This document shows positions 18,459 through 28,803 of a stretch of 64,000 nt of DNA, piece after piece. Below the pieces are notes generated by a model. That model was not told the origin of the DNA. It did no database searches and saw only the letters and a program-made list of their open reading frames with translations. Origin of the DNA: Henriciella sp. (lineage in GTDB: Bacteria > Pseudomonadota > Alphaproteobacteria > Caulobacterales > Hyphomonadaceae); NCBI RefSeq assembly GCF_002733705.1, contig NZ_NVWP01000034.1; one strand, given 5' to 3'. Within the stretch, counting starts at the first letter, position 1. Each line of letters begins with the position of its first letter. The translations under genes and the position numbers were made by a program.

Positions 18459-19925
18459 CTAGCTCTCGTAATTGTCCGCAATCCAGCGATCGAGCAGGCG
18501 CGGACCGAAGCCGGAGGCCCAGCTTGGATCAAGCGGAGACTTCTCGCTTTCGACCCAGGCGACGCCAGCGATATCGAGGTGCGTCCAGGCCTGCCCCTCA
18601 TTCACGAACCGCTTGAGAAATTGCGCGGCCGTGATGGAACCCGCCGACTTGCCGCCAATATTCTTCATGTCGGCGAATTGAGACTTGAGCTGGGCATCGT
18701 ATTCGGGACCAATCGGCAGGCGCCAGACACGCTCACCTTCGGCGAGGCCAGCCTTGCTGAGCTGATCTGCCATATTGTCATTATCCGTAAAGAGACCGGC
18801 ATGGTGATGGCCGAGCGACACAACGATGGCGCCGGTGAGGGTCGCCAGATCCACGATGGATTTCGGCTTGAACTGCTTCTGGGCGTACCAGAGCACATCG
18901 GCCAGAACGAGACGGCCTTCAGCATCGGTGTTGAGCACCTCGATGGTCTGACCGGAAGCAGAGGTGAGAATATCCCCGGGGCGGATCGCATTGCCGTCCG
19001 GCATATTCTCGACAAGGCCAACGAGGCCGACAACATTTGCTTTCGCCTTACGCTTGGCGAGCGCGAGCATGGCGCCCGTCACAGCGGCCGCGCCGCCCAT
19101 GTCGCCGCGCATATTCTCCATGCCTGGTCCGGGCTTGAGGGAGATACCGCCGGTGTCGAAACAGACACCCTTGCCGCAGAGGGCGACAGGCGCGTCGTCC
19201 TTCTTGCCGCCCATCCACTTCATGATACCGAGCTTGGATTCCTTGACCGAGCCCTGTCCGACGCCGAGGAGCGAGCCCATGCCGAGCTTTTCCATTTCCT
19301 TCTCGCCGAGGATCTCGACCTCTATGCCGTGCTTTTCCAGCTCCTTGATCTTGTCGGCAAACGTGGCCGGATAGAGCAGGTTTGGCGGCATGTTCATGAG
19401 GTCGCGGGCAAGGAAGGTGCCGTCAGCCGCAGCGTCCATCGGCTTCCATGCAGCTTTCGCGGCGCGCTCGTCCGGGACGACCAGTGTGAAGGCTTTGAGG
19501 CTCGGCTTGTCATCGTCCTTGAGCTTGGTGAAATACTCGTCAAAGCGGTAAGAGGCCAGCTTCGCGCCAATGGCAGCGCGGGCGGCGAACTCAGCATCAT
19601 CGACGTGAAGGCCGATAGACTTGAAACCGCTGCCGGCCTGGCCCTTCACAAGAAGCGCACCGATCTTTTCCTGCGCCCGGGCGTCGCGGTCTTTTGGTTT
19701 ACCGCCACCGATCAGCACGGCGCGGCGCGCTTCACATGCCTTGGGCAGGACGATGACAGCCATCTGCCCATGCTTGCCAGTAAAGCGCTTCTGTCCGAGC
19801 GCTTCGCTCAGCAGGCCTCCGCTTTCCTCATCCAGCGAGGCGGCTGCTTCTGGCAGCTTTCCATCCTGATCGATGACATATGCAACGATATCTGTTTCGG
19901 CTTTTTCAGCGAAATTGATTTTCAT
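18459..19925 (-). CDS. pepA: leucyl aminopeptidase (M17)
   Basis: GKGVCFDTGGISLK, DMGGAA, NTDAEGRLVLAD, DLATLTGA. Confidence 0.97.
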   Translation of the reverse strand: MKINFAEKAETDIVAYVIDQDGKLPEAAASLDEESGGLLSEALGQKRFTGKHGQMAVIVLPKACEARRAVLIGGGKPKDRDARAQEKIGALLVKGQAGSGFKSIGLHVDDAEFAARAAIGAKLASYRFDEYFTKLKDDDKPSLKAFTLVVPDERAAKAAWKPMDAAADGTFLARDLMNMPPNLLYPATFADKIKELEKHGIEVEILGEKEMEKLGMGSLLGVGQGSVKESKLGIMKWMGGKKDDAPVALCGKGVCFDTGGISLKPGPGMENMRGDMGGAAAVTGAMLALAKRKAKANVVGLVGLVENMPDGNAIRPGDILTSASGQTIEVLNTDAEGRLVLADVLWYAQKQFKPKSIVDLATLTGAIVVSLGHHHAGLFTDNDNMADQLSKAGLAEGERVWRLPIGPEYDAQLKSQFADMKNIGGKSAGSITAAQFLKRFVNEGQAWTHLDIAGVAWVESEKSPLDPSWASGFGPRLLDRWIADNYES

Positions 19926-20020
19926 GAATAAACTCCGTTTGATGCCGAAACTAAGCATCGACGCGCGCCAATCAACTCGCTAGGCAGAGGCCCGCACAGA
20001 AAAACTGCACCCAAGGCGCA

Positions 20021-21136
20021 ATGAAACGCATTCAGAGCTATCTTTTCAGACAAGTCTTTCGCTCTGTCATTATCATTGTGGGCGGCCTGACCCTGCTCGC
20101 CATTCTGGCCCAGGGGCTTTCGCAGACTGACATCATCATCGAAAGCCGTCAGTCGGCCTTCACCTATTTCTATATCGTTGCGCTCGGGGCCCCGCAGGTT
20201 ATCGCCCTTCTCACGCCGCTCGCTGTCTTTGTCGCGACGATCTGGTCGCTCAACCGGCTTCACCGCGACAATGAGATCGTGGTCGCCGGCGCCGCAGGCA
20301 TGACGCGATGGGACATCGCCTCACCCGTCTTGCGCTTTGCGGTCATGGCTGCGCTTGTCCATCTTGCGGTCAATCTGTGGGTTCAGCCGACAGCGCAGCG
20401 TCTGCTTCGCGAAACGATCCAGGATGCCCGCGCCGATCTTGCAACCTCCCTTGTGCGGCCCGGCCAGTTCACTACTGCGGGCGACGGCCTTACCGTCTAT
20501 GCACGCGACACCCAGGACGGCGACCTCATCGGCGTGCTGATCTCCGACAATCGCAAGACAGAGACCGAATCGCGCGACTATCTCGCCCAGCGCGGCCGCT
20601 TTGTCGAAGTGGATGGCGTCCCCAGCATCATCATGTGGGAAGGTCAGATTCACCAGATCGACGTCAATGGCGCTCTCTCCATCCTGAATTTCGATCAGTC
20701 GACATTCGACCTTTCGCCCTTCATCGAGAACCGGGCCGCCGTCATCCTCAAAGCGTCCGACCGTTATCTGCACGAGCTCCTCTACATCGACACGACAAGT
20801 TATCAGGAGCTCAACGACCAGGAGGCCTTTCTGGCCGAAGCCAATGCCCGCCTGACGACGCCGCTGGTTTCCATCGCCATGGCGCTGATTGCGGTGATGG
20901 CGGTGCTGGGCGGCGACTTCAACAGACGGGGCTATTCGCGGCGTATCGTGATCGCCACAGCGGGCGCCCTGCTGCTTGTGATCGTCCAGCTTGCGGTACA
21001 GTCGGCAAGCCGAAGCAGCGTGGGCGTGAATGTGGCCCAGTGGCTCGTGCCTCTAGGCACCACCGCCGTTCTCTCCTTCATTTTCTTCAACTGGCGAATG
21101 AAAGTGCCGGCAAGGAAAGTCGGGGTGACGCGGTGA
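20021..21136 (+). CDS. lptF: LPS export ABC transporter permease LptF
   Basis: YjgP/Q topology; RLHRDNEIVV..AAG; divergent from pepA. Confidence 0.9.
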   Translation: MKRIQSYLFRQVFRSVIIIVGGLTLLAILAQGLSQTDIIIESRQSAFTYFYIVALGAPQVIALLTPLAVFVATIWSLNRLHRDNEIVVAGAAGMTRWDIASPVLRFAVMAALVHLAVNLWVQPTAQRLLRETIQDARADLATSLVRPGQFTTAGDGLTVYARDTQDGDLIGVLISDNRKTETESRDYLAQRGRFVEVDGVPSIIMWEGQIHQIDVNGALSILNFDQSTFDLSPFIENRAAVILKASDRYLHELLYIDTTSYQELNDQEAFLAEANARLTTPLVSIAMALIAVMAVLGGDFNRRGYSRRIVIATAGALLLVIVQLAVQSASRSSVGVNVAQWLVPLGTTAVLSFIFFNWRMKVPARKVGVTR

Positions 21137-22254
21137 TGCTGCTTTCCAGAATACAGCGCTATATTATCTGGCAGCTCCTTTCGGGGCTGGCGCTGGTCCT
21201 TGCGATTTTCACCGCGACCATCCTGCTGGTCGATGTCGTCGAGCAGCTGCGCACAGTCGGGACGGATGTCGATCTTTCACCATTCGACGCGGTCCTCCTT
21301 TCCCTCATGAAACTGCCGGGCCTCATTGAACAGACCCTGCCCTTTGCTGTCCTGGTCGCCGCCATGATTGCCTATAGCCGTCTCAACAAGCGTTCTGAGC
21401 TCTCGGTGATCCGCGCCAGTGGCCTGTCGGCATGGCAGTTCCTTACGCCCGTCATCCTGATGTCCGTCGTGCTGGGCTTTTTCTCGATGATGGTGCTCAA
21501 CCCGCTGGGCGCGACCCTGGCGGGCAAGTTCGAGGAGTCCCGCAACTCGCTTCTCATTTCTGGTGGGGTACGCCTTGATTCCAGCCGCGAGGATGTCTGG
21601 CTGCGTCAGGGCGACGGAAACACCCAAATCGTCATCAGCGCGCAGTCGGTCGATGCGACCGGGCAGATCTTCAAGGATGTGAAGATGCTCGAGGAGACGC
21701 GCGTCTATGAGAATGGGCGCCCCCTCGACCGCTATGAATTCACCCGCCGGATTGATGCAAAGACCGCCCGCATTATCGACGGCTTCTGGCAGATCGAGAA
21801 TCTGATCGAGAATGTGCCCGGTCAGCCACCAGAGCGGATGGACGCGCTTGCCATACCGACCGACCTCGATCCCGACCGCCTTCTGGACAGGTTCACCTCG
21901 CCGAACACGATCGGTTTCTGGAAACTGCCTGCCTTTGTACGTCAGACCAGCCAGGCCGGGCTCGACACGTCGCGCTTCACGGTCCGGCTGTTCGGTCTGA
22001 CGGCCATGCCTGTCTTTTTCACCGCGATGGGCCTGATCGGCGCGCTGGTCTGTTTGCGGCTCTCGCGCCTTGGTGGGACCAGCCGGCTTGTTGCCTCCGG
22101 CGCGCTGGCGGCAGTTGGCGTCTTCTTCATCATGCAGTTTTCCTCCAGCCTCGGCGCTTCCGGTGCCCTGCCTCCGTTCGTGGCCGCCTGGGCACCTGCA
22201 CTCTTTGCTTTGTTTGCAAGCCTGGCTGTGCTGGCCTATCGCGAAGATGGCTAG
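21136..22254 (+). CDS. lptG: LPS export ABC transporter permease LptG
   Basis: ATG overlaps the lptF TGA (TGATG); RLNKRSELSVIRASGLSAWQFL; AAWAP..LF ending. Confidence 0.9.
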   Translation: MLLSRIQRYIIWQLLSGLALVLAIFTATILLVDVVEQLRTVGTDVDLSPFDAVLLSLMKLPGLIEQTLPFAVLVAAMIAYSRLNKRSELSVIRASGLSAWQFLTPVILMSVVLGFFSMMVLNPLGATLAGKFEESRNSLLISGGVRLDSSREDVWLRQGDGNTQIVISAQSVDATGQIFKDVKMLEETRVYENGRPLDRYEFTRRIDAKTARIIDGFWQIENLIENVPGQPPERMDALAIPTDLDPDRLLDRFTSPNTIGFWKLPAFVRQTSQAGLDTSRFTVRLFGLTAMPVFFTAMGLIGALVCLRLSRLGGTSRLVASGALAAVGVFFIMQFSSSLGASGALPPFVAAWAPALFALFASLAVLAYREDG

Positions 22255-22268
22255 CTCCCCCTCTCGGG

Positions 22269-22297
22269 TTGACAGGGGACAGCCACACACCCAAGTT
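22269..22297 (+). promoter_or_regulatory. putative sigma70 promoter for topA
   Basis: Perfect TTGACA at 22269-22274; -10 element weak. Confidence 0.4.
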
Positions 22298-22323
22298 CCG
22301 CCGCGCTCTGGAGGTTGCCCTAT

Positions 22324-24918
22324 ATGAAAGTCGTTGTTGTTGAGTCGCCGGCAAAAGCGAAGACGATCAACAAATATCTGGGAAAGGACTACAAGGTCCT
22401 CGCCTCCTATGGGCATGTGCGGGATCTGCCGTCAAAGGACGGGTCGGTCGATCCAGAGAATGATTTCGAGATGATCTGGCAGGCCGATTCCAAATCGGCA
22501 AGCCGCATCAAGGAAATTGCGGAAGCCACCAAGACGGCCGACAAGCTGATCCTCGCGACTGACCCTGATCGCGAAGGCGAGGCGATCTCCTGGCACCTCC
22601 TGGAAGCGCTGGAAAAGCGTAAGGCGCTGAAGGGCATTCCGGTCGAGCGCGTTGTCTTCAACGCGATCACAAAGAATGCAGTCACTAACGCGATGGAGCA
22701 GCCGCGCGAGATCGATCAGGAACTGGTGGACGCCTATCTCGCCCGCCGCGCCCTCGACTATCTCGTCGGATTCAACTTGTCGCCGGTGCTCTGGCGCAAG
22801 CTGCCCGGTTCGCGCTCTGCGGGGCGCGTGCAGTCGGTTGCCCTGCGCATCATCTGCCAGCGCGAGCTGGAGATAGAGACGTTCCAGCCGCAGGAATACT
22901 GGTCGATCGAGGCAGACCTTCGCGCCAAGGACGGCACCAGCTTCAAGGCGCGCCTGCATGCGCTGGACGGCGAAAACCTGAAGAAATTCTCCCTGCCCGA
23001 CGAGAAAACGGCCACCGCCGCGCTCGAAGCGGTGAAGGTCGGCGGCTATACGGTAAGCTCGGTTGAATCCAAGCCCGTCAAACGCAATCCGCCCCCGCCC
23101 TTCATTACGTCGACGCTCCAGCAGGAAGCCTCGCGCAAGCTCGGTTTTACCGCCAAGCGCACGATGGGCGCCGCCCAGAAGCTCTATGAAGAAGGCCGCA
23201 TCACCTATATGCGGACCGACGGCATCAATATGGCCGAAGAGGCCTATCACGCCTCACGAAAGCAGATCGAAAGCGATTATGGGGCGCGCTATCTGCCGGA
23301 GAAGCCGCGCCGCTATTCCTCCAAGGCCAAGAACGCCCAGGAAGCGCACGAAGCCATTCGCCCGACCGATTTCTCGATCCGCCCCGAGGAGTATCGCGGC
23401 GATGGGGACCTTAAAAAGCTCTACACGCTGATCTGGCGGCGCGCCGTCGCCTCGCAGATGGAAGCGGCTGTCTTTGAGCGCACGACGCTGGATTTCATGT
23501 CCAAGGACAAGCGCGCCCAGCTGCGCGCCACGGGCCAGGTCGTGCAGTTTGATGGCTTCATCAAGCTCTACACCGAAGGCCGCGATGATGGCGACGAGGA
23601 CGAGGATGCTGAAGGCCGCCTGCCAAAGATGAAGGAAAGCGACCACGCCGACCTAGTCGAGGCAAAGTCGGACCAGCATTTCACCCAGCCGCCGCCCCGC
23701 TATACCGAAGCCTCGCTCGTCAAACGCCTGGAAGAGCTCGGCATTGGCCGTCCGTCTACCTACGCATCGACCCTGTCTACGCTGGAAGACCGTGACTATG
23801 TGCGGCTTGAAAAGAAGCAGCTGATCCCGGAGGACAAGGGTCGGCTGGTGACGGCCTTCCTGGAGAACTTCTTCGCCCGATATGTGGAGTATGACTTCAC
23901 GGCCGAGCTAGAAGAACAACTCGACGTCATCTCGGATGGCAAGCTCGACTGGAAGGCCTTCCTGCGTGAGTTCTGGGTACAGTTCCAGGCCGCCATCGAC
24001 GAGACGAAAGAACTTCGCGTGTCGAACGTGCTCGACGCGCTGAACGAGGCGCTTGGGCCTTATGTGTTTCCGAAGACTGACGAGAACGGTAATCCGAAGG
24101 AAAACCCGCGCGAATGCCCGCTCTGCGGCGAGGGTGAGCTATCGCTGAAACTTGGCCGGCATGGCGCTTTTGTCGGTTGTTCGCGTTATCCCGAATGCAA
24201 GTTCACGCGGCCCTTCTCGGCAGACAGTGAACAGGACGGCGCGATCAACCCGGAAGGCGAGGAGCTGGGCCTGCACCCTGAAACGGGCGAGCCCGTCTTC
24301 CTGAAGACGGGCCGGTTCGGACCCTATGTGGAAATGTCACTCGGTGAGGACGAAAAACCCAAGCGCACAAGTGTACCCAAGGGCTGGGATGTGAAAGCCG
24401 TGACGCTGGACCAGGGCGTCAAGCTTCTCTCCCTGCCGCGCGATGTCGGCGAACATCCCGACGATGGTGAGATGATCCGCGCCAATCTCGGCCGCTATGG
24501 CCCTTACGTTCAGCATCATCGCACCTTTGCCAATGTGCAGACCGTCGAGGAGCTGTTCGACATCGGCCTTAACCGTGCCGTGACGCTGATCGAGGACAAG
24601 AAAGCAAAACGTGGCGGGGGCCGCGGGGCCGAACCGCTCAAGGAGCTCGGCAAACACCCTGCTGATGACGAGCCGATCCACGTCTATGAGGGCCGCTATG
24701 GCCCCTATGTGAAGCACAAGAAGACGAATGCGACGCTTCCGAAGGACACCACGCCGGACACGGTCACACTGGAACAGGCGATTGAACTGATCGACGCCAA
24801 GGCGAAGAAGCCGGCCAAGAAAAAGGCGCCAGCGAAGAAGAAGGCCACCGCGAAAAAAACAACGGCCAAAAAGACATCGACGACGAAGAAGACGTCGACG
24901 ACGAAGGCGAAGGACTAG
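22324..24918 (+). CDS. topA: DNA topoisomerase I
   Basis: VVVESPAKAKTI, LATDPDREGEAI, SAGRVQS, ITYMRTD (catalytic Tyr), GIGRPSTY, one Zn ribbon, C-terminal repeats, Lys-rich tail. Confidence 0.98.
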   Translation: MKVVVVESPAKAKTINKYLGKDYKVLASYGHVRDLPSKDGSVDPENDFEMIWQADSKSASRIKEIAEATKTADKLILATDPDREGEAISWHLLEALEKRKALKGIPVERVVFNAITKNAVTNAMEQPREIDQELVDAYLARRALDYLVGFNLSPVLWRKLPGSRSAGRVQSVALRIICQRELEIETFQPQEYWSIEADLRAKDGTSFKARLHALDGENLKKFSLPDEKTATAALEAVKVGGYTVSSVESKPVKRNPPPPFITSTLQQEASRKLGFTAKRTMGAAQKLYEEGRITYMRTDGINMAEEAYHASRKQIESDYGARYLPEKPRRYSSKAKNAQEAHEAIRPTDFSIRPEEYRGDGDLKKLYTLIWRRAVASQMEAAVFERTTLDFMSKDKRAQLRATGQVVQFDGFIKLYTEGRDDGDEDEDAEGRLPKMKESDHADLVEAKSDQHFTQPPPRYTEASLVKRLEELGIGRPSTYASTLSTLEDRDYVRLEKKQLIPEDKGRLVTAFLENFFARYVEYDFTAELEEQLDVISDGKLDWKAFLREFWVQFQAAIDETKELRVSNVLDALNEALGPYVFPKTDENGNPKENPRECPLCGEGELSLKLGRHGAFVGCSRYPECKFTRPFSADSEQDGAINPEGEELGLHPETGEPVFLKTGRFGPYVEMSLGEDEKPKRTSVPKGWDVKAVTLDQGVKLLSLPRDVGEHPDDGEMIRANLGRYGPYVQHHRTFANVQTVEELFDIGLNRAVTLIEDKKAKRGGGRGAEPLKELGKHPADDEPIHVYEGRYGPYVKHKKTNATLPKDTTPDTVTLEQAIELIDAKAKKPAKKKAPAKKKATAKKTTAKKTSTTKKTSTTKAKD
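24871..24906 (+). repeat. 18-bp tandem repeat in topA tail (KTSTTK x2)
   Basis: aagacatcgacgacgaag / aagacgtcgacgacgaag, 17/18 identical. Confidence 0.85.
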
Positions 24919-24944
24919 CCGATGGAATGTGAGGACCGGCAGCC

Positions 24945-25403
24945 ATGAACGTCAGGCCCGCCACGCTCGATGACCTGCCAGCCCTGCTTGAGTTCGAGCA
25001 GGGCATCATCACCGCAGAACGGCCTTATAACCCACTGCTGAAGCCCGACCCGATCACCTACTACGATATCGGCGAGATGATCGAGGCAGACGATGCCGAG
25101 GTCATGGTGGTGGAGATCGATAGCGAACTCGTCGCATCGGGCTATGCGAAGACCAAGCGGTCCCGGCATTACACCTCACCCGACTGGCACGCCTTTCTCG
25201 GTTTCATGTTCGTGAAGGAAGCGTTCCGCGGACGGGGCCTGAACCGGATTCTTCTCGACGCCCTGCTCGACTGGTCTCGCAAGCGAGGCCTTACCGAAGT
25301 CCGACTCACGGTCTATCCTGGCAACGAGCCGGCTATACGCGCCTATGAAAAAGCCGGCTTTTCGCCCTATCTCACAGAAATGAGGCTTGGCCTGAATGAG
25401 TAG
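24945..25403 (+). CDS. GNAT family N-acetyltransferase
   Basis: MNVRPATLDDL; FMFVKEAFRGRG; N..AIRAYEKAGF. Confidence 0.9.
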   Translation: MNVRPATLDDLPALLEFEQGIITAERPYNPLLKPDPITYYDIGEMIEADDAEVMVVEIDSELVASGYAKTKRSRHYTSPDWHAFLGFMFVKEAFRGRGLNRILLDALLDWSRKRGLTEVRLTVYPGNEPAIRAYEKAGFSPYLTEMRLGLNE

Positions 25404-25513
25404 GCCCATTCCACCTTGCTTTCATGGCAAGCCGAACCAGATCCTCTGGAAGAGGTTCAATAGCTTTGTGAAATAAAAACAAGGCATTTCAAATGCCACC
25501 GGAAGGACAGATC

Positions 25514-25645
25514 ATGACAGATCCGAAACTGAAAGAAGAAAAAGCACGCCAGGGCGAGACCGGAAAAGGCGTTCGCTATGTACTTGTTATATCCACGATC
25601 GCCGCAGTGATCGGGCTGGGCCTCATCTTTGCTTTCGTGATCTGA
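25514..25645 (+). CDS. 43-aa small membrane protein (below ORF-track cutoff)
   Basis: RBS GGAAGGA; MTDPKLKEEKARQGETGKGVRYVLVISTIAAVIGLGLIFAFVI; one C-terminal TM helix. Confidence 0.75.
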   Translation: MTDPKLKEEKARQGETGKGVRYVLVISTIAAVIGLGLIFAFVI

Positions 25646-25705
25646 AGAGAACGTCCAGGCTGAAAGAGTCCGGGCAAATCGCGCAGAATCCCCTATATGG
25701 GGAGC

Positions 25706-27973
25706 ATGAGTTTTCCCGACCGAGAGACAGTTCTCGACTTTATCGCCAAGAATCCGTCCGCGACGACGAAACAGGACATTGCGCGTGGCCTGAAAGTGAA
25801 AGGGCGTGAGCGTCAGAACCTCAGGCAAGTTCTGAAGGATCTGGAGGCTGACGGCACCCTGGAACGCACAGGCAAGCGCGCCTGGGCCAAGACCGATACG
25901 CCTCCGCCAACAGGCGTCATCATTTTCGAGGAAATCGATGATGATGGCGAGCTGATGGCCCGGTCCGTCGGGCGCGACGGCGCCTTCGGTCCGCCTATCC
26001 GCTTTGCCGGTTATAGCGGCAAATCAAAGGGTCCGGCCCCCGGCATCGGGGACAAGGGCCTTGCCCGCATCAATGAGGCGAATGGCGAATATCACGCCAA
26101 GCTCCTGAAACTTTTCGAGAAACGCGATGAAGAATCGCAGCTGACCGGCCGGTTCGAACGCAATCCGAAAGGCGGACGCGTTATCCCGGCGAGCCGCAAG
26201 GACAAGCGGACACTCCTTATCGACAAGAGCGACACCAAGGGCGCCGAGGATGGCGACCTTGTTACCGCCATGCCCAAACCGGGCAAGCCGAACGGACCCG
26301 CGTTCGGTGTCGTCACGGAAATCATCGGTCGCATGGACGACCCACGCGCAGCCTCGCTGCTCGCCATTTATGGTCACGATATACCGGTCGAATTCCCCAA
26401 GGACGTCCTCAACGAGGCGGAGACCATCAAGCCGCTGAACGCGCCGCGTGAGGATCTCACCCATATCCCGCTCATTACCATCGATCCGCATGATGCGCGC
26501 GACCATGACGATGCCGTCTATGCCGAAAAGCTCGACGATGGCTGGAAGGTGATCGTCGCGATTGCGGACGTGGCCGCCTATGTGCGCCCCGGCACTGCGC
26601 TCGACCGCGAGGCGCAGAAGCGCGGCAACTCTACCTATTTTCCGGACCGGGTCGTCCCGATGCTGCCTTTTGAGCTGTCGGCCGATGCCTGCTCGCTGGT
26701 CGACAATGAGGACCGCCCCTGCATGGCGGTCGAGATGATCTTCGACCAGTCGGGTACGAAGCGCTCCCATCGCTTCATTCGCGGCACAATGCGGTCCCAT
26801 GCAAAGCTCTCCTATGAAGAAGCGCAGGCGGCCATTGATGGCAAAACGGGCGGCGCTGGGGAGCCTTGGCTCAAGCCCGTGCTGAAGCCGCTATGGGGCG
26901 CTTTCGAAGCGTTGGGCGAGGCCCGCGCCCGCCGTGCCCCGCTGGCGCTCGACCTGCCGGAAAAGCGTGTCGAGATCAGCGAGGATGGCAAGGTCACGGG
27001 GATTGTGGAGAAAGAACGCTTCGATGCGCACAAGCTCATCGAGGAATTCATGATTCAGGCCAATGTGGCCGCCGCCGAGACGCTGGAGAAGCTCGGCTCA
27101 CCCCTGCTCTACCGGGTTCACGATCAGCCGTCCGATGCCAAGCTCGCCGCGCTGGCCGATTTTCTCCAGACGATGGACATCAAATGGGCGCTGGGGGAGC
27201 GCCCCCAGACGCACCGCTTCAACCGGCTCCTCAGCGATCATGCAGACACCGAACATGCCGGCACAATTTCCGAAATCGTTCTGCGCTCTCAGGCCCAGGC
27301 CATCTATGCGCCGGAGAATGCAGGCCATTTCGGTCTTAACCTCTCCAAATATGCCCACTTCACCTCGCCTATCCGGCGCTATAGCGACCTCATCGTCCAC
27401 CGGGCTCTGATCTCGGCGCTTGGTCTTGGTGACGACGGGCTGACCAAGGAAATGGCCGCCTCGCTTGAGGATATTGCGAGCCATCTGGTCGATACCGAAC
27501 GCCGCTCCATGGCAGCCGAACGCGAAGCGACGGACCGCTATCTTGCACTCTATCTTGCCGACAAGGTCGGTGCCGAGTTTGAAGGGCGGATTACGGGCGT
27601 CACACCAGCTGGCCTTTTCATCCGCCTAGGCGGTACCGGCGCCGACGGCTTTTCTCCAATTTCCAAGCTCTCTGACGACTATTGGGTGCATGATGAAGGC
27701 GCAATGGCGCTGATCGCACGCGGCTCGGGCAAACGGTTCGAGATGGGTCAGGTCGTGAAAGTTGAACTTGCCGAAGTCACCCCGCTTCAGGGCGGCCTTC
27801 TGCTCAAGGTTCTCTCTCCACCCCGCCCCAAGAAGCCTGGTGAAAAGCCACCGGCCTCGCGCGGGGGCAGGTCTGGTCCGCCCGGGCGTTCGCGTGGCAA
27901 GATGTCGAAGGCGCGCAAGAAGACGCGGCAGAAAACCTCCCGCAAAAAGGGAGCCAAGGGAGGAAAAAGCTGA
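25706..27973 (+). CDS. rnr: ribonuclease R
   Basis: ITIDPHDARDHDDA, RGNSTYFP.RVVPMLP, HFTSPIRRYSDL, S1 domain, basic tail; GGGAG RBS before ATG 25706. Confidence 0.96.
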   Translation: MSFPDRETVLDFIAKNPSATTKQDIARGLKVKGRERQNLRQVLKDLEADGTLERTGKRAWAKTDTPPPTGVIIFEEIDDDGELMARSVGRDGAFGPPIRFAGYSGKSKGPAPGIGDKGLARINEANGEYHAKLLKLFEKRDEESQLTGRFERNPKGGRVIPASRKDKRTLLIDKSDTKGAEDGDLVTAMPKPGKPNGPAFGVVTEIIGRMDDPRAASLLAIYGHDIPVEFPKDVLNEAETIKPLNAPREDLTHIPLITIDPHDARDHDDAVYAEKLDDGWKVIVAIADVAAYVRPGTALDREAQKRGNSTYFPDRVVPMLPFELSADACSLVDNEDRPCMAVEMIFDQSGTKRSHRFIRGTMRSHAKLSYEEAQAAIDGKTGGAGEPWLKPVLKPLWGAFEALGEARARRAPLALDLPEKRVEISEDGKVTGIVEKERFDAHKLIEEFMIQANVAAAETLEKLGSPLLYRVHDQPSDAKLAALADFLQTMDIKWALGERPQTHRFNRLLSDHADTEHAGTISEIVLRSQAQAIYAPENAGHFGLNLSKYAHFTSPIRRYSDLIVHRALISALGLGDDGLTKEMAASLEDIASHLVDTERRSMAAEREATDRYLALYLADKVGAEFEGRITGVTPAGLFIRLGGTGADGFSPISKLSDDYWVHDEGAMALIARGSGKRFEMGQVVKVELAEVTPLQGGLLLKVLSPPRPKKPGEKPPASRGGRSGPPGRSRGKMSKARKKTRQKTSRKKGAKGGKS

Positions 27974-28701
27974 TGGCCGGAAAACTGGGCACAGCCTTTG
28001 ACAAGGAAAGGGACGGCGATGTCATCCAGAGGGACCGCCCCACCCCTCGGCCGAAGGATGCAGCCACGCTCATCCTGGTGCGGCGCGATCAAGCCAAGCC
28101 GCGCCTTCTGATGGGCAAGCGGTCGGGCGGCCACACCTTCATGCCGGACAAATATGTTTTCCCTGGCGGACGTGTGGATACGGCGGACGGACGGGTGCCT
28201 TCCCTGAGTGAGCTGCGCGAGAGCGAGCACCGTAAAGTGGCGCACAGGACGCGCCGCAAGCCGCGTGCCTTCGGCCTTACCGCTATCCGGGAAACATTTG
28301 AGGAAACAGGACTCATTGTCGGGCGTGCCAATGCGTTTCCAGGCCGTGTGGCGCAGGACTGGCGTAAATATGCCGATCAGGGCGCAGCGCCCTGCCTGCG
28401 GGGCTTCACGATGATCGGCCGCGCAATAACCCCGCCCTATCGTCCCAAAAGGTTCGATGCACGCTTCTTCATGGCCGAGGCCGAAGACGTCCTGATCGAT
28501 GAGCGCCCGCCGGTTGACGGTGCCGAGTTGCACGACCTGCAATGGGTGACGCTGGACGATGCCCTGGCGCTCGACCTGCCAAATGTGACACGCTTCATGC
28601 TGGGCGAGATCGCAGAACGTCTGAAGCAGAAGGATGTCGGCGCCCTGCGCCCGCCATTCCTGCGCTGGACCGCTGGTGGCCACTCGCAGGACCGTATCTG
28701 A
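27973..28701 (+). CDS. NUDIX hydrolase
   Basis: AATLILVR, FMPDKYVFPGG.VD, AIRETFEETG Nudix box, RFDARFF. Confidence 0.9.
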   Translation: MAGKLGTAFDKERDGDVIQRDRPTPRPKDAATLILVRRDQAKPRLLMGKRSGGHTFMPDKYVFPGGRVDTADGRVPSLSELRESEHRKVAHRTRRKPRAFGLTAIRETFEETGLIVGRANAFPGRVAQDWRKYADQGAAPCLRGFTMIGRAITPPYRPKRFDARFFMAEAEDVLIDERPPVDGAELHDLQWVTLDDALALDLPNVTRFMLGEIAERLKQKDVGALRPPFLRWTAGGHSQDRI

Positions 28702-28730
28702 AGACGCAGGTCCCGGGTGCGCACAGGCGC

Positions 28731-28760
28731 TTGACTTTAAAAGCCCACCCCTCCATTAAG
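28731..28760 (+). promoter_or_regulatory. putative sigma70 promoter for rpmG
   Basis: TTGACT-N17-CATTAA. Confidence 0.55.
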
Positions 28761-28803
28761 CGCCCTTCGAATTTCTCAGAACACGCGAGCAAGAGCACCC
28801 GTC

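Noticed and set aside
20308-21135. N-terminal 276 codons of the 648-aa ORF
   Set aside because: Out-of-frame overlap with lptF; the real lptG starts at ATG 21136.
22255-22323. att-like direct repeat shared with the dprA-lptD spacer (47810-47925)
   Set aside because: No shared sequence found by eye; no integrase or tRNA target nearby.
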